A DNA stretch of 64,000 nucleotides from Candidatus Woesearchaeota archaeon (lineage in GTDB: Archaea > Nanobdellota > Nanobdellia > Pacearchaeales > GW2011-AR1). The notes below the pieces were generated by a model. It had not been told where the DNA came from. It ran no database searches and was given only the letters and a program-made list of their open reading frames with translations. The translations under genes were made by a program, and so were the position numbers. Where the stretch lies: positions 65,486 to 129,485 of the forward strand of contig CAZETU010000002.1 in assembly GCA_964514585.1 (NCBI GenBank), given 5' to 3'. Shown here one piece after another: positions 17,043 to 26,681 of the stretch (positions within the stretch are counted from its first letter, which is position 1; every line of letters starts with the position of its first letter).

Positions 17043-17765
17043 TTAGTTTGAACCTGTTTTTTTTAGGACTTTGTAGAGAATGGCGAGGAAGACTCCGGAT
17101 GAGGCTAGGTAGATGAATAATTGGACGGATTGGAAGAAATTTGGGATTAGGATGTCAAGGATGTTTATTGTCCAGAAGATGAAGAGTAGGATGTAGATTA
17201 TGTGGAGGGAGTTTTTCTTGTGGGATTGTTTTCTGGATATGTAATATGTTAGGGTTACGAAAAATAGAAGTATAAGATTTATTGCGAGGTAGATTAAAGG
17301 GGTTCTTAGTATCACCGTTGCTGAGGCCATGATTAATGCGAGTGCGTGGAAGTTGTAGATAGTTTTGCTTTTCCATTTTTTCCACATGACGCTGTAGAGT
17401 AGGTAGAAGATTGCCATTGCGCTGAAATACATGAATATGAATATTGTTATTGTTCCGAAGACTGCACCGAGGGCTCTTGGGGAAATGTCGGATATTATTT
17501 TGATGTCAAAGGAGGTTATTATGAATTTAATGAATGATCTGGAGAAGTATGCGAAGGCGAAGAATAGGAATGCTAGTCTGAAATATTTGATGCCTTTGTG
17601 GGAGCTTAGTTCGTAGAGTTCTTTTGTGCCGAAGTATATCATTAGACTGCAGGCGATTATTATGAATGAGTAGAGAATTTCTGCTCCGAAGCCAGGGACT
17701 GCTAATTTTCCCAGACCTTTTCCCAGACCTCCCTGAATTGCTCGTCCTGCTAAGTGCATTGCCAT
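17043..17765 (-). CDS. Polytopic integral membrane protein
   Basis: Six to seven hydrophobic helices. No recognisable catalytic motif. Confidence 0.6.
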   Translation of the reverse strand: MAMHLAGRAIQGGLGKGLGKLAVPGFGAEILYSFIIIACSLMIYFGTKELYELSSHKGIKYFRLAFLFFAFAYFSRSFIKFIITSFDIKIISDISPRALGAVFGTITIFIFMYFSAMAIFYLLYSVMWKKWKSKTIYNFHALALIMASATVILRTPLIYLAINLILLFFVTLTYYISRKQSHKKNSLHIIYILLFIFWTINILDILIPNFFQSVQLFIYLASSGVFLAILYKVLKKTGSN

Positions 17766-17808
17766 TTTCTTTTATAGTAATCATAATATTTAAGGTTATA
17801 TAATAGGA

Positions 17809-17825
17809 GTGGATTTTAGGTCCAT
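17809..17825. promoter_or_regulatory. GTGGA-N7-TCCAT box abutting a TATA box, copy 1
   Basis: gtggattttaggtccat followed directly by cttttttataag. Confidence 0.5.
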
Positions 17826-17884
17826 CTTTTTTATAAGCGATTTTTTACTGGATTTGTTATGGTATTGAAAGGAGGATTATTAAT

Positions 17885-18325
17885 ATGAAAAGAAAATATA
17901 CATTAGTTGCTGCTTTGGCAATGGTTGCTCTTCTTGGAGTTGGTATGGTTAGTGCTTTTGGTTCTGGTAATGGTTTTATGTCTGGCTTGACGGATGATGA
18001 AAGGGCTGAGATGCAGGATCAGAAAGAAGCTATTCGTGCTGCTGTTGAGAACGAAGAATATGCTGAATGGAAATCTTTGATGGAGGACAGGATTGCTGAA
18101 ATGTCTGAGAGTTTGAATGAAGAGAATTTCAATGAGCTTGTTGCTAGACATCAGGAGAGAGCTGAATTTCGAGAAGCTATGGAAGAAGCTAGAGAGGCTG
18201 GCGATTTTTCTAGGATGCAAGAACTTAAGGAAGAGTTTGGAGTTGAGAGAAATGGTTTTGGCGGAATGAAGGGTCAAGGTTCTGGAAGAATGCAAGGTCA
18301 GGGTCAAGGTTCTTGTCTCGAATAA
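17885..18325 (+). CDS. Secreted Glu/Met-rich helical protein
   Basis: Signal peptide MKRKYTLVAALAMVALLGVGMVSA. AGGAGG before the ATG. C-terminal GQG repeats. Confidence 0.6.
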   Translation: MKRKYTLVAALAMVALLGVGMVSAFGSGNGFMSGLTDDERAEMQDQKEAIRAAVENEEYAEWKSLMEDRIAEMSESLNEENFNELVARHQERAEFREAMEEAREAGDFSRMQELKEEFGVERNGFGGMKGQGSGRMQGQGQGSCLE

Positions 18326-18338
18326 ATTTAGTTAATTA

Positions 18339-18346
18339 TTTTTTTT
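18339..18346 (+). terminator. Oligo-T tract (T8)
   Basis: Immediately downstream of stop 18325. Confidence 0.35.
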
Positions 18347-18355
18347 GTTTTCGTT

Positions 18356-18372
18356 GTGGACGTTGGATCCAT
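18356..18372. promoter_or_regulatory. GTGGA-N7-TCCAT box abutting a TATA box, copy 2
   Basis: gtggacgttggatccat followed directly by ttttttttataaagg. Confidence 0.5.
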
Positions 18373-18490
18373 TTTTTTTATAAAGGAAAATTGCGATTGT
18401 TAGTTATGAAAAATACAAATTGCATTGTTAACAATATTGACTCACAAATGCTTAAATCATTTTTAGAGTTAGTAGGAGGTAAGAGGTAAG

Positions 18491-18760
18491 ATGGATAAAA
18501 AGTCCATATTATTGTTAATTGTTCTTTTTTTGTTAGTTGGTGCGCTTTGTTATTTCGTGTTTTTTAATTCTAATGATTCTGGGCAGGATATTCAGAAGTC
18601 GGGGGACAGGATTGATTCTGTTGAGAAAAGACCTGATGTTGTTCAGGAATCGGATGAATCGGTTTTGCCCGAGGGTAAGGATCTTAAGATTAAGTGCAGG
18701 GAAGATCCGAGTTTGGAAGGATGTGCTGAGTTGATTGCAGAGATGGAGGCACGGAGATAA
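18491..18760 (+). CDS. Small membrane-anchored acidic protein
   Basis: MDKKSILLLIVLFLLVGALCYFVFF anchor. GGAGG upstream. Directly precedes the ABC ATPase gene. Confidence 0.55.
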   Translation: MDKKSILLLIVLFLLVGALCYFVFFNSNDSGQDIQKSGDRIDSVEKRPDVVQESDESVLPEGKDLKIKCREDPSLEGCAELIAEMEARR

Positions 18761-18761
18761 G

Positions 18762-19523
18762 ATGAAACAATTGATAGAGATTGAGGATGTTTGGAAGAAG
18801 TATGATATGGGGAAGGCCGAGCCGTTGGTTGTTTTAAGAAATATTGATTTGGAAATTTATGAAGGAGAATTTGTCGCAATCACGGGCCCCTCAGGTTCAG
18901 GTAAATCTACTATGATGAACATAGTCGGTGCCCTAGATATCCCAAGCTGGGGGACCGTGAGCCTTGGAGGCAAAGATATTTCTAAAATGTCTGAGTCTGA
19001 GTTGGCTTCCTTGAGAGGAAAGACAATTGGTTTTATTTTTCAGCAATTTAATTTGTTGCCTACTTTGTCTGCTTTGAAAAATGTTATGTTGCCGATGGAG
19101 ATGATTGATATGGATCCTGAAAAATCTAAGAAGAGGGCGGTTCATTTGTTGGATGCTTTGGGTCTTGGGGATAGAATGTATCATAAACCGAATGAACTTT
19201 CTGGCGGGCAACAACAACGGGTTGCTATTGCTCGAAGTCTTTCTAATGATGCTCCGATTGTTTTGGCTGATGAACCGACTGGAAATTTAGATAGTAAGAC
19301 TGGTAGTTTTGTGATGGATTTTTTACATAAGCTTTGCAAGAAAGAAGGTAAGACGATAATTTTGATTACGCATGATTTGAATTTGGTGAAGTATGCTGAT
19401 AGGGTTGTTCATATTAAAGATGGGGAAGTTGAAAAGATAGTTAAAAGAACAAAAATGAAAGGACGCTCGGAGAGCATTCAATCATCTTTGTTAAGAACAA
19501 AAATGAAAGGGGGTAGTAAATAA
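18762..19523 (+). CDS. ABC transporter ATP-binding protein (MacB/LolD-type)
   Basis: Walker A GPSGSGKST, signature LSGGQQQRVAIAR, Walker B VLADEPT. Confidence 0.9.
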   Translation: MKQLIEIEDVWKKYDMGKAEPLVVLRNIDLEIYEGEFVAITGPSGSGKSTMMNIVGALDIPSWGTVSLGGKDISKMSESELASLRGKTIGFIFQQFNLLPTLSALKNVMLPMEMIDMDPEKSKKRAVHLLDALGLGDRMYHKPNELSGGQQQRVAIARSLSNDAPIVLADEPTGNLDSKTGSFVMDFLHKLCKKEGKTIILITHDLNLVKYADRVVHIKDGEVEKIVKRTKMKGRSESIQSSLLRTKMKGGSK

Positions 19524-20495
19524 ATGAGAAAAGAAAATTTTTATTTGGTGTTTTTTGTATTTCTACTTATGAGTGTTGGCTTTGTCTCGGCGGATGTTTC
19601 TTACTATGAGGAAGATAATACGGCTTTAGGTAGTATTGGTTCGACTGCTTTTTATTTGACGAAGTTGAGGTATGAATCTTATCCGGTTAGTCCTGGAGAT
19701 TATTTTACTATTTGGATTCAGGTTGAGAAGAATAGTGGTGTAGAGAAAGATGTTACTTTTGAGCTTATTGAAGAATATCCCTTTTTCCTTGATTCAAATG
19801 AGGAGGCTGTTAGGACTTTTAATAATATAGGTGCTGAGGCGATTGTCTTGGAGTACAAGGTTAGGGTCGATGAATCTGCGGTTAGTGGTGTGAATACTCT
19901 TAAGTTTAGGCAGACTTCTGAATTGGGTAGTTCTATTATTCATGAGTTTGATATTTCGATAGAGGATGTTCAGACGGCTTTTGATGCGGTTGTTCAGGAT
20001 AATGTTGACGGTGAGGTTTCTATTGCTTTGGCTAATATTGGTCAGAATGATGCGAATGCGGCTATTGTTAAGATTCCGGAGCAAGATGGCATTAGGATTG
20101 TTGGAACGAGTGGCCAGATGATAGGTAATCTTGAGCAAGGGGATTATACTGTTGTTGGGTTTGTCCTTTCGGGGACTGCTTCTGTTTTGGAAATGCAAAT
20201 TGATTACACCGATTCTATTGGGATAAGAAGGTCTGAGTTGATTGAGATTCCTTTTGACGCGAGCTTTACTCCTTCGGGTGAGGCTTCTGAAGGTACGGTA
20301 GCTAGAGGAGGTCTTTCAAAGAATGGTTCTTCGCAAGTCGAGTCTACTTCTTATGTCACGTGGATAGTTTGGATTTTTGTTATTGCCGTATTGGTTTTTG
20401 TCGGTTACAAGTATGTTAAAAAGAAAAAAAATTCGAAGGGGATTTCTTCACTTACTCCTGAGTGGATGAAGAAAGAAAAGGGCGCTAAAAAATAG
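19524..20495 (+). CDS. Secreted beta-rich protein with C-terminal TM anchor
   Basis: Signal peptide, C-terminal WIVWIFVIAVLVFVGY plus KKKK. Sits between the ABC ATPase and permease genes. Confidence 0.55.
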   Translation: MRKENFYLVFFVFLLMSVGFVSADVSYYEEDNTALGSIGSTAFYLTKLRYESYPVSPGDYFTIWIQVEKNSGVEKDVTFELIEEYPFFLDSNEEAVRTFNNIGAEAIVLEYKVRVDESAVSGVNTLKFRQTSELGSSIIHEFDISIEDVQTAFDAVVQDNVDGEVSIALANIGQNDANAAIVKIPEQDGIRIVGTSGQMIGNLEQGDYTVVGFVLSGTASVLEMQIDYTDSIGIRRSELIEIPFDASFTPSGEASEGTVARGGLSKNGSSQVESTSYVTWIVWIFVIAVLVFVGYKYVKKKKNSKGISSLTPEWMKKEKGAKK

Positions 20496-20516
20496 GGCCC
20501 TCCCTTTTTTATAATC

Positions 20517-21782
20517 ATGAGATTCGCAAAAAAGTTTGAGTTGGCATGGAACATGCTGATACACAGTAAGCTTAGAAGTTGGCTTACGATAATTGGAATT
20601 ATAATTGGAATTGCGGCGGTTGTGGCTATCGTTTCGATTAGTAATGGGGCGCAGGCTTCGATGGCGGCAAGTATGAATTCTTTTGGGGCTGATCAGATAA
20701 GCGTGACTCCGGGGTATAGTCAGGCTTCTAGTAATAAAATGATGATGCGTCCTGGTGGGGGTGATACTTCTTCTTCGGCGACGGGAGAAGAAGATGATCC
20801 CGAGTTAACGAATAAAGACATTCTTACAATTGAGAATGTTGATAATGTGAAACTTGTTGCGTCGCAGGTTTCTTCCAAGGAGGAGGTTGTTTATTCTTCT
20901 AAGAAGGCTGACATAAATATTGTCGGATTGAATTATGAGGACTGGGATACTATTGTTGATTCTGAAATTGAGGAGGGTCGGGCTTTGAGCGCTTCTGATG
21001 TTTATTCTGCTGTTATTGGTGGGCGTACTGCTAGTGGTACTTTTGATGATATGCAGTTGAATAGGCAGATTACTATTAATGGTAAGACTTTTAGGATTGT
21101 TGGGATTTTGGACGAGGAGGATGGGAGTATTTACATTCCGATTGATTCTGTCGAGGGTGTTTTGGAAGATAAGGAGGATGGGGTCTATGATGTTTTGACG
21201 GTTGTTACGGAGGATTCTGATTTGGTTGAAAATACGACTGCTGATATTGAGGAGAAGTTGATGATGTCTCGGGGGATATTGAACGCTGAGGACAGGGATT
21301 TTACTGTTTCAAATATGATTTCGATGCAGGAGACGATTTCTGCGACGCTGGATACTTTGGCTTTGTTTTTGGGGGCGATTGCTGCGATTTCTCTTCTTGT
21401 CGGTGGGATTGGGATTGCTAACACGATGTTTACTTCTGTTTTGGAGAAGACGAAAGAGATTGGGATTATGAAAGCGATTGGTGCGAAGAATGGGGATATT
21501 TTGACGATATTCTTGATTAACTCTGGGCTGATTGGTCTTGTCGGTGGGATTGGTGGAGTTGTTGTGGGGAGTGTTGCTAGTTTTATGATTGGTGGTGCTG
21601 GTGGGATAACTGGCGGTTCTGGGTCTCGTGGGATGGGTTCGATGTTTAGTTCGACTTTGATTACTTGGGAACTTTTGATTTTTGCCTTGGTGTTTTCTGT
21701 GATAATTGGAATGATTGCTGGTGTGATTCCTGCTTATAGAGCTTCGAGGTTACGGCCCGTTGATGCTCTTAGGTACGAATAA
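20517..21782 (+). CDS. ABC transporter permease (MacB/FtsX-type)
   Basis: N-terminal TM, large extracytoplasmic domain, C-terminal FtsX-like 3-TM bundle ending RASRLRPVDALRYE. Confidence 0.85.
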   Translation: MRFAKKFELAWNMLIHSKLRSWLTIIGIIIGIAAVVAIVSISNGAQASMAASMNSFGADQISVTPGYSQASSNKMMMRPGGGDTSSSATGEEDDPELTNKDILTIENVDNVKLVASQVSSKEEVVYSSKKADINIVGLNYEDWDTIVDSEIEEGRALSASDVYSAVIGGRTASGTFDDMQLNRQITINGKTFRIVGILDEEDGSIYIPIDSVEGVLEDKEDGVYDVLTVVTEDSDLVENTTADIEEKLMMSRGILNAEDRDFTVSNMISMQETISATLDTLALFLGAIAAISLLVGGIGIANTMFTSVLEKTKEIGIMKAIGAKNGDILTIFLINSGLIGLVGGIGGVVVGSVASFMIGGAGGITGGSGSRGMGSMFSSTLITWELLIFALVFSVIIGMIAGVIPAYRASRLRPVDALRYE

Positions 21783-23042
21783 TTATTTTAGGTTTGAACT
21801 AAATTCATTAGAAATGTTTTCTAGCATTTTTTCTTTGGGGTTCCATTTTTTATGTCCTAGAATCCAGCCTAATTTTACGAATGCTGTTTCTGGTAGCATG
21901 TCACTCAAGAAAATGATTCCTGTTTTTTGTAAGTCTCTGCCTGCTGAGTATATGTTTGGGTTTAATCGGCCGTAAATTGTTTGGGGGGTTGCGCAGACTG
22001 TTATTCCGTTGTCGACTAGCTTTTTTATTTTTGGGAGCCAATTGAATTTTGCGTCAGTTGCTGGGACTTGTCCGATTCCTGTTACTTCTAGAATTATTCC
22101 TTTGTATCCTTGTTGTTCGTAGAATTCTAAGATTGAGGGGTCGGCTCCTGGGTATACTTGGATTAGTGCGACTTTGTCTGAGTATATTGTATCTAGTTTT
22201 GTTTTGTTGGAGTTTTTTGCATTGAAAGTTTTTAAGATTTCTATTTTTTCTTTTGTTATTTCTGCTAAAGGTTCTGAATTAATTATTTTGAAGGCGTCTC
22301 TTTTTGATGTGTGCATTTTTCTGACTTTTGTTCCTGGCATTGCTAGGCAAATTTCATCGTCTGAGTTTTTGTGTCCGATAAGGGCTACTTCTGCAATGTC
22401 TGAGGTTGCGTATCTTGCTGCACATATTAAGTTTAGGGCTGCGTCGGTTGAACCTCGGTCGATTGATCTTTGGGAGTATGTTAGGGCGACGGGCTTGTTT
22501 AGGTCTTTTAGGAAGAACGATAATGCGCTGCTTGTGTAGTGTAAGAAGTCGGTTCCGTGAGTTATGATTATGCCATCGATTTTGTCGTCGTTGAGTAAGG
22601 GTTCGCAAGTTTCGGCTATTTTTTTCCAGTCTAAGAAAGACATATTTTCTGACCATTTCATGAATGGTTTTTTTATTTTTACAATGTTGGCTATTTCTTT
22701 TATTTCTGGAGCGATTGTTAAAATTTCTTCGGCGTCTGTTGAAATTACTCCGCCTGTTTTTGAGTCTAGTCTTGAAGAGATTGTTCCGCCTGTTATTATC
22801 ATTGCGATGTTTTTTAATTTTGGATTATTCTTTTGTGAGGTTTTTTCTTTTTCTTGAGATGTTGCTTTTATTATTATTTTGGCGTCAATAATTTCTCGTT
22901 CTCGGATTCCTATGTTATAGCCTGATTTTAGTTTTAGGAGAATTACTTCTGGGTCGTGGGATTCTAGGGCGTGGCCGTGCCAGGTTTTTTCTTTTGTTTG
23001 GAGGGAAACTTCGTCGCCTGGGTTGAAATGTTTTTCTTTCAT
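21783..23042 (-). CDS. gatD: Glu-tRNA(Gln) amidotransferase subunit D
   Basis: Asparaginase-like motifs IITGGTISS and ITHGTDF, with a GatD-type N-terminal domain. Confidence 0.85.
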   Translation of the reverse strand: MKEKHFNPGDEVSLQTKEKTWHGHALESHDPEVILLKLKSGYNIGIREREIIDAKIIIKATSQEKEKTSQKNNPKLKNIAMIITGGTISSRLDSKTGGVISTDAEEILTIAPEIKEIANIVKIKKPFMKWSENMSFLDWKKIAETCEPLLNDDKIDGIIITHGTDFLHYTSSALSFFLKDLNKPVALTYSQRSIDRGSTDAALNLICAARYATSDIAEVALIGHKNSDDEICLAMPGTKVRKMHTSKRDAFKIINSEPLAEITKEKIEILKTFNAKNSNKTKLDTIYSDKVALIQVYPGADPSILEFYEQQGYKGIILEVTGIGQVPATDAKFNWLPKIKKLVDNGITVCATPQTIYGRLNPNIYSAGRDLQKTGIIFLSDMLPETAFVKLGWILGHKKWNPKEKMLENISNEFSSNLK

Positions 23043-23248
23043 AGCTGGTTTATTTTATCCTCCCAATTTTGTAGTGTTAATCTTTTCATATTTTTATCGT
23101 GGAGAGTTTCTCCGGATATTAGTTTTAGTAGGAGATATGGTGTTGCACATTGTTCGCATTTTGTGTTGCCGCCAAAGTTGCAACCGCCTTTTTCTTTCCA
23201 GAGCTTGGTGCAAAATTTTAGTTCTTTGATTAGTGTTTCTTTGTTCAT
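23039..23248 (-). CDS. Small 4-Cys protein
   Basis: 69 aa, C-x10-C-x7-C-x2-C. ATGA-coupled on both sides (PRTase upstream, gatD downstream). Confidence 0.5.
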   Translation of the reverse strand: MNKETLIKELKFCTKLWKEKGGCNFGGNTKCEQCATPYLLLKLISGETLHDKNMKRLTLQNWEDKINQL

Positions 23249-23763
23249 GATTTTTTAATACTATTGATTTTATATTTTTCTATTAGGATTTTTGTGTTTT
23301 TATTAATATCTATGTAGATTGTTGAAATTCCAATAATTATCCAGCCTAATTTTTCTATTAATTTGATTGCCGTTTTTATTTGAGTTCCTGTTTCTACCCA
23401 TTCATCGACAAGTAAAATTTTATCCCCCCTTTTTATTGAATCTTTTTTTATTTCAAATCCCTTCTTCTTCTTGGTGTAGTCTGTGAAATCTCCTGAAAGT
23501 AATTTTTCTTTTTTGAGGGGGAGTTTTCCTTTTTTTCTTATTAAGACAAGTGGTTTTTTTGTTTTTCTTGCGATTGCTGTTCCTAAGATGAATCCCAAAG
23601 AATCTATGGCAATTATCTTGTCTATCTGATTTTTTTTAAAGGGTTTTAGTAAGTCTTTTATTAGATTATTGAATACTTTAGGGTTTTCAAATATTGGAGT
23701 AATATCGCATCTTTTTATTATATCTTTTGTGATTATATTTTTTTTATAGTAGTTCCATTCCAT
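23245..23763 (-). CDS. Type I phosphoribosyltransferase (purine PRT-like)
   Basis: PRPP-binding loop KILLVDEWVETGTQ. Confidence 0.7.
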   Translation of the reverse strand: MEWNYYKKNIITKDIIKRCDITPIFENPKVFNNLIKDLLKPFKKNQIDKIIAIDSLGFILGTAIARKTKKPLVLIRKKGKLPLKKEKLLSGDFTDYTKKKKGFEIKKDSIKRGDKILLVDEWVETGTQIKTAIKLIEKLGWIIIGISTIYIDINKNTKILIEKYKINSIKKS

Positions 23764-23842
23764 GTTAGGATTAGCTTAGTAATATATAAAAAGGTTTGGA
23801 GGGCATTTGCAGAGCTATGTTGTGTTGAATAATTTTTTAGAA

Positions 23843-24100
23843 TTACTTTTTTTTCTTGTTTGCTTTTTCGGCGGCCTTTGCAATCCAGATTGTTGCGATT
23901 ACTGCAATTATTGTGACAATTATTGCGTAAACCCATGGTCCTCCGCCTGAGAGTTTGCAGAGTGCTCCTGCGTTTTCTGCTCCGCAAGGTCCGACAAATA
24001 GTGCTCTAATCGCGTCGTTCCAGGCTAGAGCTGCGACGAGTCCGAAAGCTGCAATCATTAAAGCTGAAACTTTTTCAATTACGTTAGATTTCATTTTCAC
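23843..24100 (-). CDS. Small membrane protein
   Basis: AAFGLVAALAWNDAIRALF plus a C-terminal TM and KKKK tail. Resembles a widespread DUF-type small membrane family. Confidence 0.55.
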   Translation of the reverse strand: MKMKSNVIEKVSALMIAAFGLVAALAWNDAIRALFVGPCGAENAGALCKLSGGGPWVYAIIVTIIAVIATIWIAKAAEKANKKKK

Positions 24101-24187
24101 CTCCTTATTATTAAGATGCGTTTAGAATATTTAAGTTTTTGGAAGAGTCTTCAATAACTTTTTATATGTGATTTTCTAGGATTGATT

Positions 24188-25630
24188 ATGGCAACACGCA
24201 AGGGTGTACTCTCTTTAGGAGATTCTTCGAATCTCGATGTTGAAACGGGCAAAGCGTTTCCGGTGAAGATAGGGTTGGAGATTCATGGTTATTTGGATAC
24301 TCGGGAGAAGCTGTTTTGTATGTGTCGGACTGATAGCTTGGAGAGTGATGTGAATTCTAATGTTTGTCCGATTTGTACTGGTCAGCCTGGGAGTAAGCCT
24401 ATGGCGGCGAATGAGGCGGCTGTTGATAAGTTGATTGAGATTGCTCTTGTTCTTGGGTCTAAGATTAATTTTAAGGAATGGGTTTGGCAGAGGAAGCATT
24501 ATAATTGGGCGGATAATCCTAAGGGGTATCAGACGACGATTTCGGGGGCGCATGCTTCGCCTTGTGCTGTTGGAGGAAAGTTTAAGGGGATAAATATTAC
24601 TGAGGCACATTTGGAAGAGGATCCGGCGCAGTGGAATCCGGCGACGGGGAAGATTGATTATAATAGGTCGGGGTTGCCGTTGATTGAGATTGTGACGGAG
24701 CCTGAGTTTTCTAATTCGGAGCAGGTTGTTGAGTGGTTGAAGGCTTTGGTTTTGAGCCTTAGTTATATTAAGGCTACTAGGAAGAATGCGGGGATAAAGG
24801 TTGATGTGAATGTTTCGACTTATGGGGAGAGGGTTGAGATGAAGAATTTGAATTCCTTAGAGAAGATTCGGAAGGCGATAGAGTACGAGATTGTTCGGCA
24901 GATTGAGGCGCATGATGCTGGGGAGGTTCAGAAGAGGGATACTTTGGCGTTTGATGAGAAGTTGGGGAAGACGATAAAGATGAGGAGTAAGGAAGGGGCG
25001 GCTGATTATCGGTTTATTAGTGATCCTGATTTGCCGGTGATTCGGATTGATAAGAAAAGGGTTAATGAGATTAAGGCTCGGCTTCCTGAGATGCCTGATG
25101 TTAAGTTGGATAGGTTGTTGAAGAAATATAATGTTGATAAGAAGGATGCGGATGTTTTGACGAAGAATTTGGAACTTGTGGAATTTTTTGAGGAATTGGT
25201 TAATAATGGAGTGGACGTTAAGACTGGTCTTCCTTGGGTGACGGTTGAGTTGTTGCGGGTTTTGAATTATAATAAGAAGACTTTGGAGGATGCGGATGTT
25301 GAGATACAGCCGGTTCATTTGGCGGAGTTGATTAAGGCGGTTGTTGAGGGGAAGATTACGAAGTTGAAGGGGAAGCAGGTGATGAATGATTTTGTGCCGA
25401 AGAGTTTTTCCTTAAGTGAACATAAGGATGAGATTTCTAGTATTGATGAATCGGCTGTTGAGAATTTGTGTCAGCAGGTTATTGATGAGAATGCGCATGT
25501 TGTTGATGAGTATCGAGGTGGGAAGGATGCGAGTTTAAATTTTTTGATTGGGCAGGTTATGAGGTTGAGTGAACGAAGGGCGGATTTTCGAACTGCGGGG
25601 GATTGTTTGAAGAGGTTGATTAATGGTTGA
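24188..25630 (+). CDS. gatB: Asp/Glu-tRNA amidotransferase subunit B
   Basis: KIGLEIHGYL.., PGSKP, YqeY-like tail. GTG 24263 would give the canonical N-terminus MKIGLEIH. Bases 24188-24262 coincide with the conserved leader element. Confidence 0.88.
   Translation: MATRKGVLSLGDSSNLDVETGKAFPVKIGLEIHGYLDTREKLFCMCRTDSLESDVNSNVCPICTGQPGSKPMAANEAAVDKLIEIALVLGSKINFKEWVWQRKHYNWADNPKGYQTTISGAHASPCAVGGKFKGINITEAHLEEDPAQWNPATGKIDYNRSGLPLIEIVTEPEFSNSEQVVEWLKALVLSLSYIKATRKNAGIKVDVNVSTYGERVEMKNLNSLEKIRKAIEYEIVRQIEAHDAGEVQKRDTLAFDEKLGKTIKMRSKEGAADYRFISDPDLPVIRIDKKRVNEIKARLPEMPDVKLDRLLKKYNVDKKDADVLTKNLELVEFFEELVNNGVDVKTGLPWVTVELLRVLNYNKKTLEDADVEIQPVHLAELIKAVVEGKITKLKGKQVMNDFVPKSFSLSEHKDEISSIDESAVENLCQQVIDENAHVVDEYRGGKDASLNFLIGQVMRLSERRADFRTAGDCLKRLING
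24195..24251 (+). promoter_or_regulatory. Conserved ~56-nt 5' leader element, copy B
   Basis: cacgcaagggtgtactctctttaggagattcttcgaatctcgatgttgaaacgggca. Contains the perfect hairpin gagattc-ttc-gaatctc. Confidence 0.6.
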
Positions 25631-26312
25631 TTCAAAATATAAAAGATTTACTAGTCGTATCGAGGAGTTAATAAAAGAATACACAGAAGAGATTTTCCCA
25701 AAGAAGATAAAGGCTAATTGGGGATATTCTTATCCGGATAGTGAACAAGCTAATGTTCAAGCATGGCTTATGAAGTCTGAGAATATCTTGCTTTTGATTT
25801 TCGGTGATGGAAGTATACAGCTTAATCGTTTTAGAAGCCTTAGAGATAACAAAAAAGATTTTGATTTGTGTGAAAGGACTCATCAAATTAAGGGAATCCT
25901 GGAAGCTTGTTTGGATGATTTGAAGAATGGTTTTCTAACTTCTCAAGAGTTTATTATTGCGAATGAAGTGTTTGATTCTGTTTTGGAGCAGGCAGAATTT
26001 TTTGTATTTAAGCAGAAGGATAAAGATGTTGCTGCAATTCTTCTTAGAATAGTGCTGGAAGATTCATTAAAACGGATTTCAAAGTCTGAAAATATTGAAA
26101 TAGAACTTGATGGAAAAAATAGAAAGGTTTCTGCGTTAAATGATGATTTGAAGAAGACAGAATATTATAACAAAACTACGTGGAGACAAATTCAAGCATG
26201 GTTAGACATAGGCAATGCCGCTGCTCATGGAGAATTTGATAAATATTCTATTGAAGACGTAGATGGATTCTATAAATGGTTGATGGATTTCATTTCGAGA
26301 TATTTCAATTAG
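25623..26312 (+). CDS. Hypothetical protein (possible DUF4145-like C-terminus)
   Basis: 229-aa ORF overlapping the gatB stop by 8 nt. C-terminal WLDIGNAAAHGEFDKY. Codon usage atypical for the strand. Confidence 0.5.
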   Translation: MVDSKYKRFTSRIEELIKEYTEEIFPKKIKANWGYSYPDSEQANVQAWLMKSENILLLIFGDGSIQLNRFRSLRDNKKDFDLCERTHQIKGILEACLDDLKNGFLTSQEFIIANEVFDSVLEQAEFFVFKQKDKDVAAILLRIVLEDSLKRISKSENIEIELDGKNRKVSALNDDLKKTEYYNKTTWRQIQAWLDIGNAAAHGEFDKYSIEDVDGFYKWLMDFISRYFN

Positions 26313-26351
26313 AGACTTTAGCTCTAAGATTAATTTGGTAAATAATTTTTT

Positions 26352-26579
26352 CTATTTTGCTGAGGATTTTGTTTCTTTCAGCCCTAGTGTTTCTCTTGGG
26401 CTTTCTGCCCCGTATGTATCTTTCATTTCTTTAAATGGTTTAGAATATGCTCTCATAAAAGTATGTAATGCTGCAATGCCCAAGAGGATTCCAAATAAAG
26501 TTGAAAGAATTATAATTAAATCTAAGGAATAATCTAGATTGGATCCAGGGTTGCAATACTGAGTAAGTATTATGAACAT
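26352..26579 (-). CDS. Small membrane protein
   Basis: Two hydrophobic helices in 75 aa. Confidence 0.45.
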   Translation of the reverse strand: MFIILTQYCNPGSNLDYSLDLIIILSTLFGILLGIAALHTFMRAYSKPFKEMKDTYGAESPRETLGLKETKSSAK

Positions 26580-26681
26580 GAAGGAAAAGAGAAAGAAGAA
26601 AAGAGATTAAAAATAAATTTCTTGACTTTAAGGTTTAGATATTATTTTATATTTGAAAGAGTAGGTTTTTCAGAGCTTTTC

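Noticed and set aside
18407-18490. 27-aa leaderless ORF MKNTNCIVNNIDSQMLKSFLELVGGKR upstream of the ABC transporter, resembling a double-glycine bacteriocin leader.
   Set aside because: Only two residues follow the GG, so there is no core peptide. The spacing of hydrophobic and acidic residues does not fit the leader consensus. The transporter is MacB-type and has no C39 peptidase domain.
25616-26340. Possible direct repeats (gattaat..ggt) flanking the DUF4145-like ORF, as at the kae1 insert.
   Set aside because: The match is only about 7-10 nt in AT-rich sequence and cannot be distinguished from chance.
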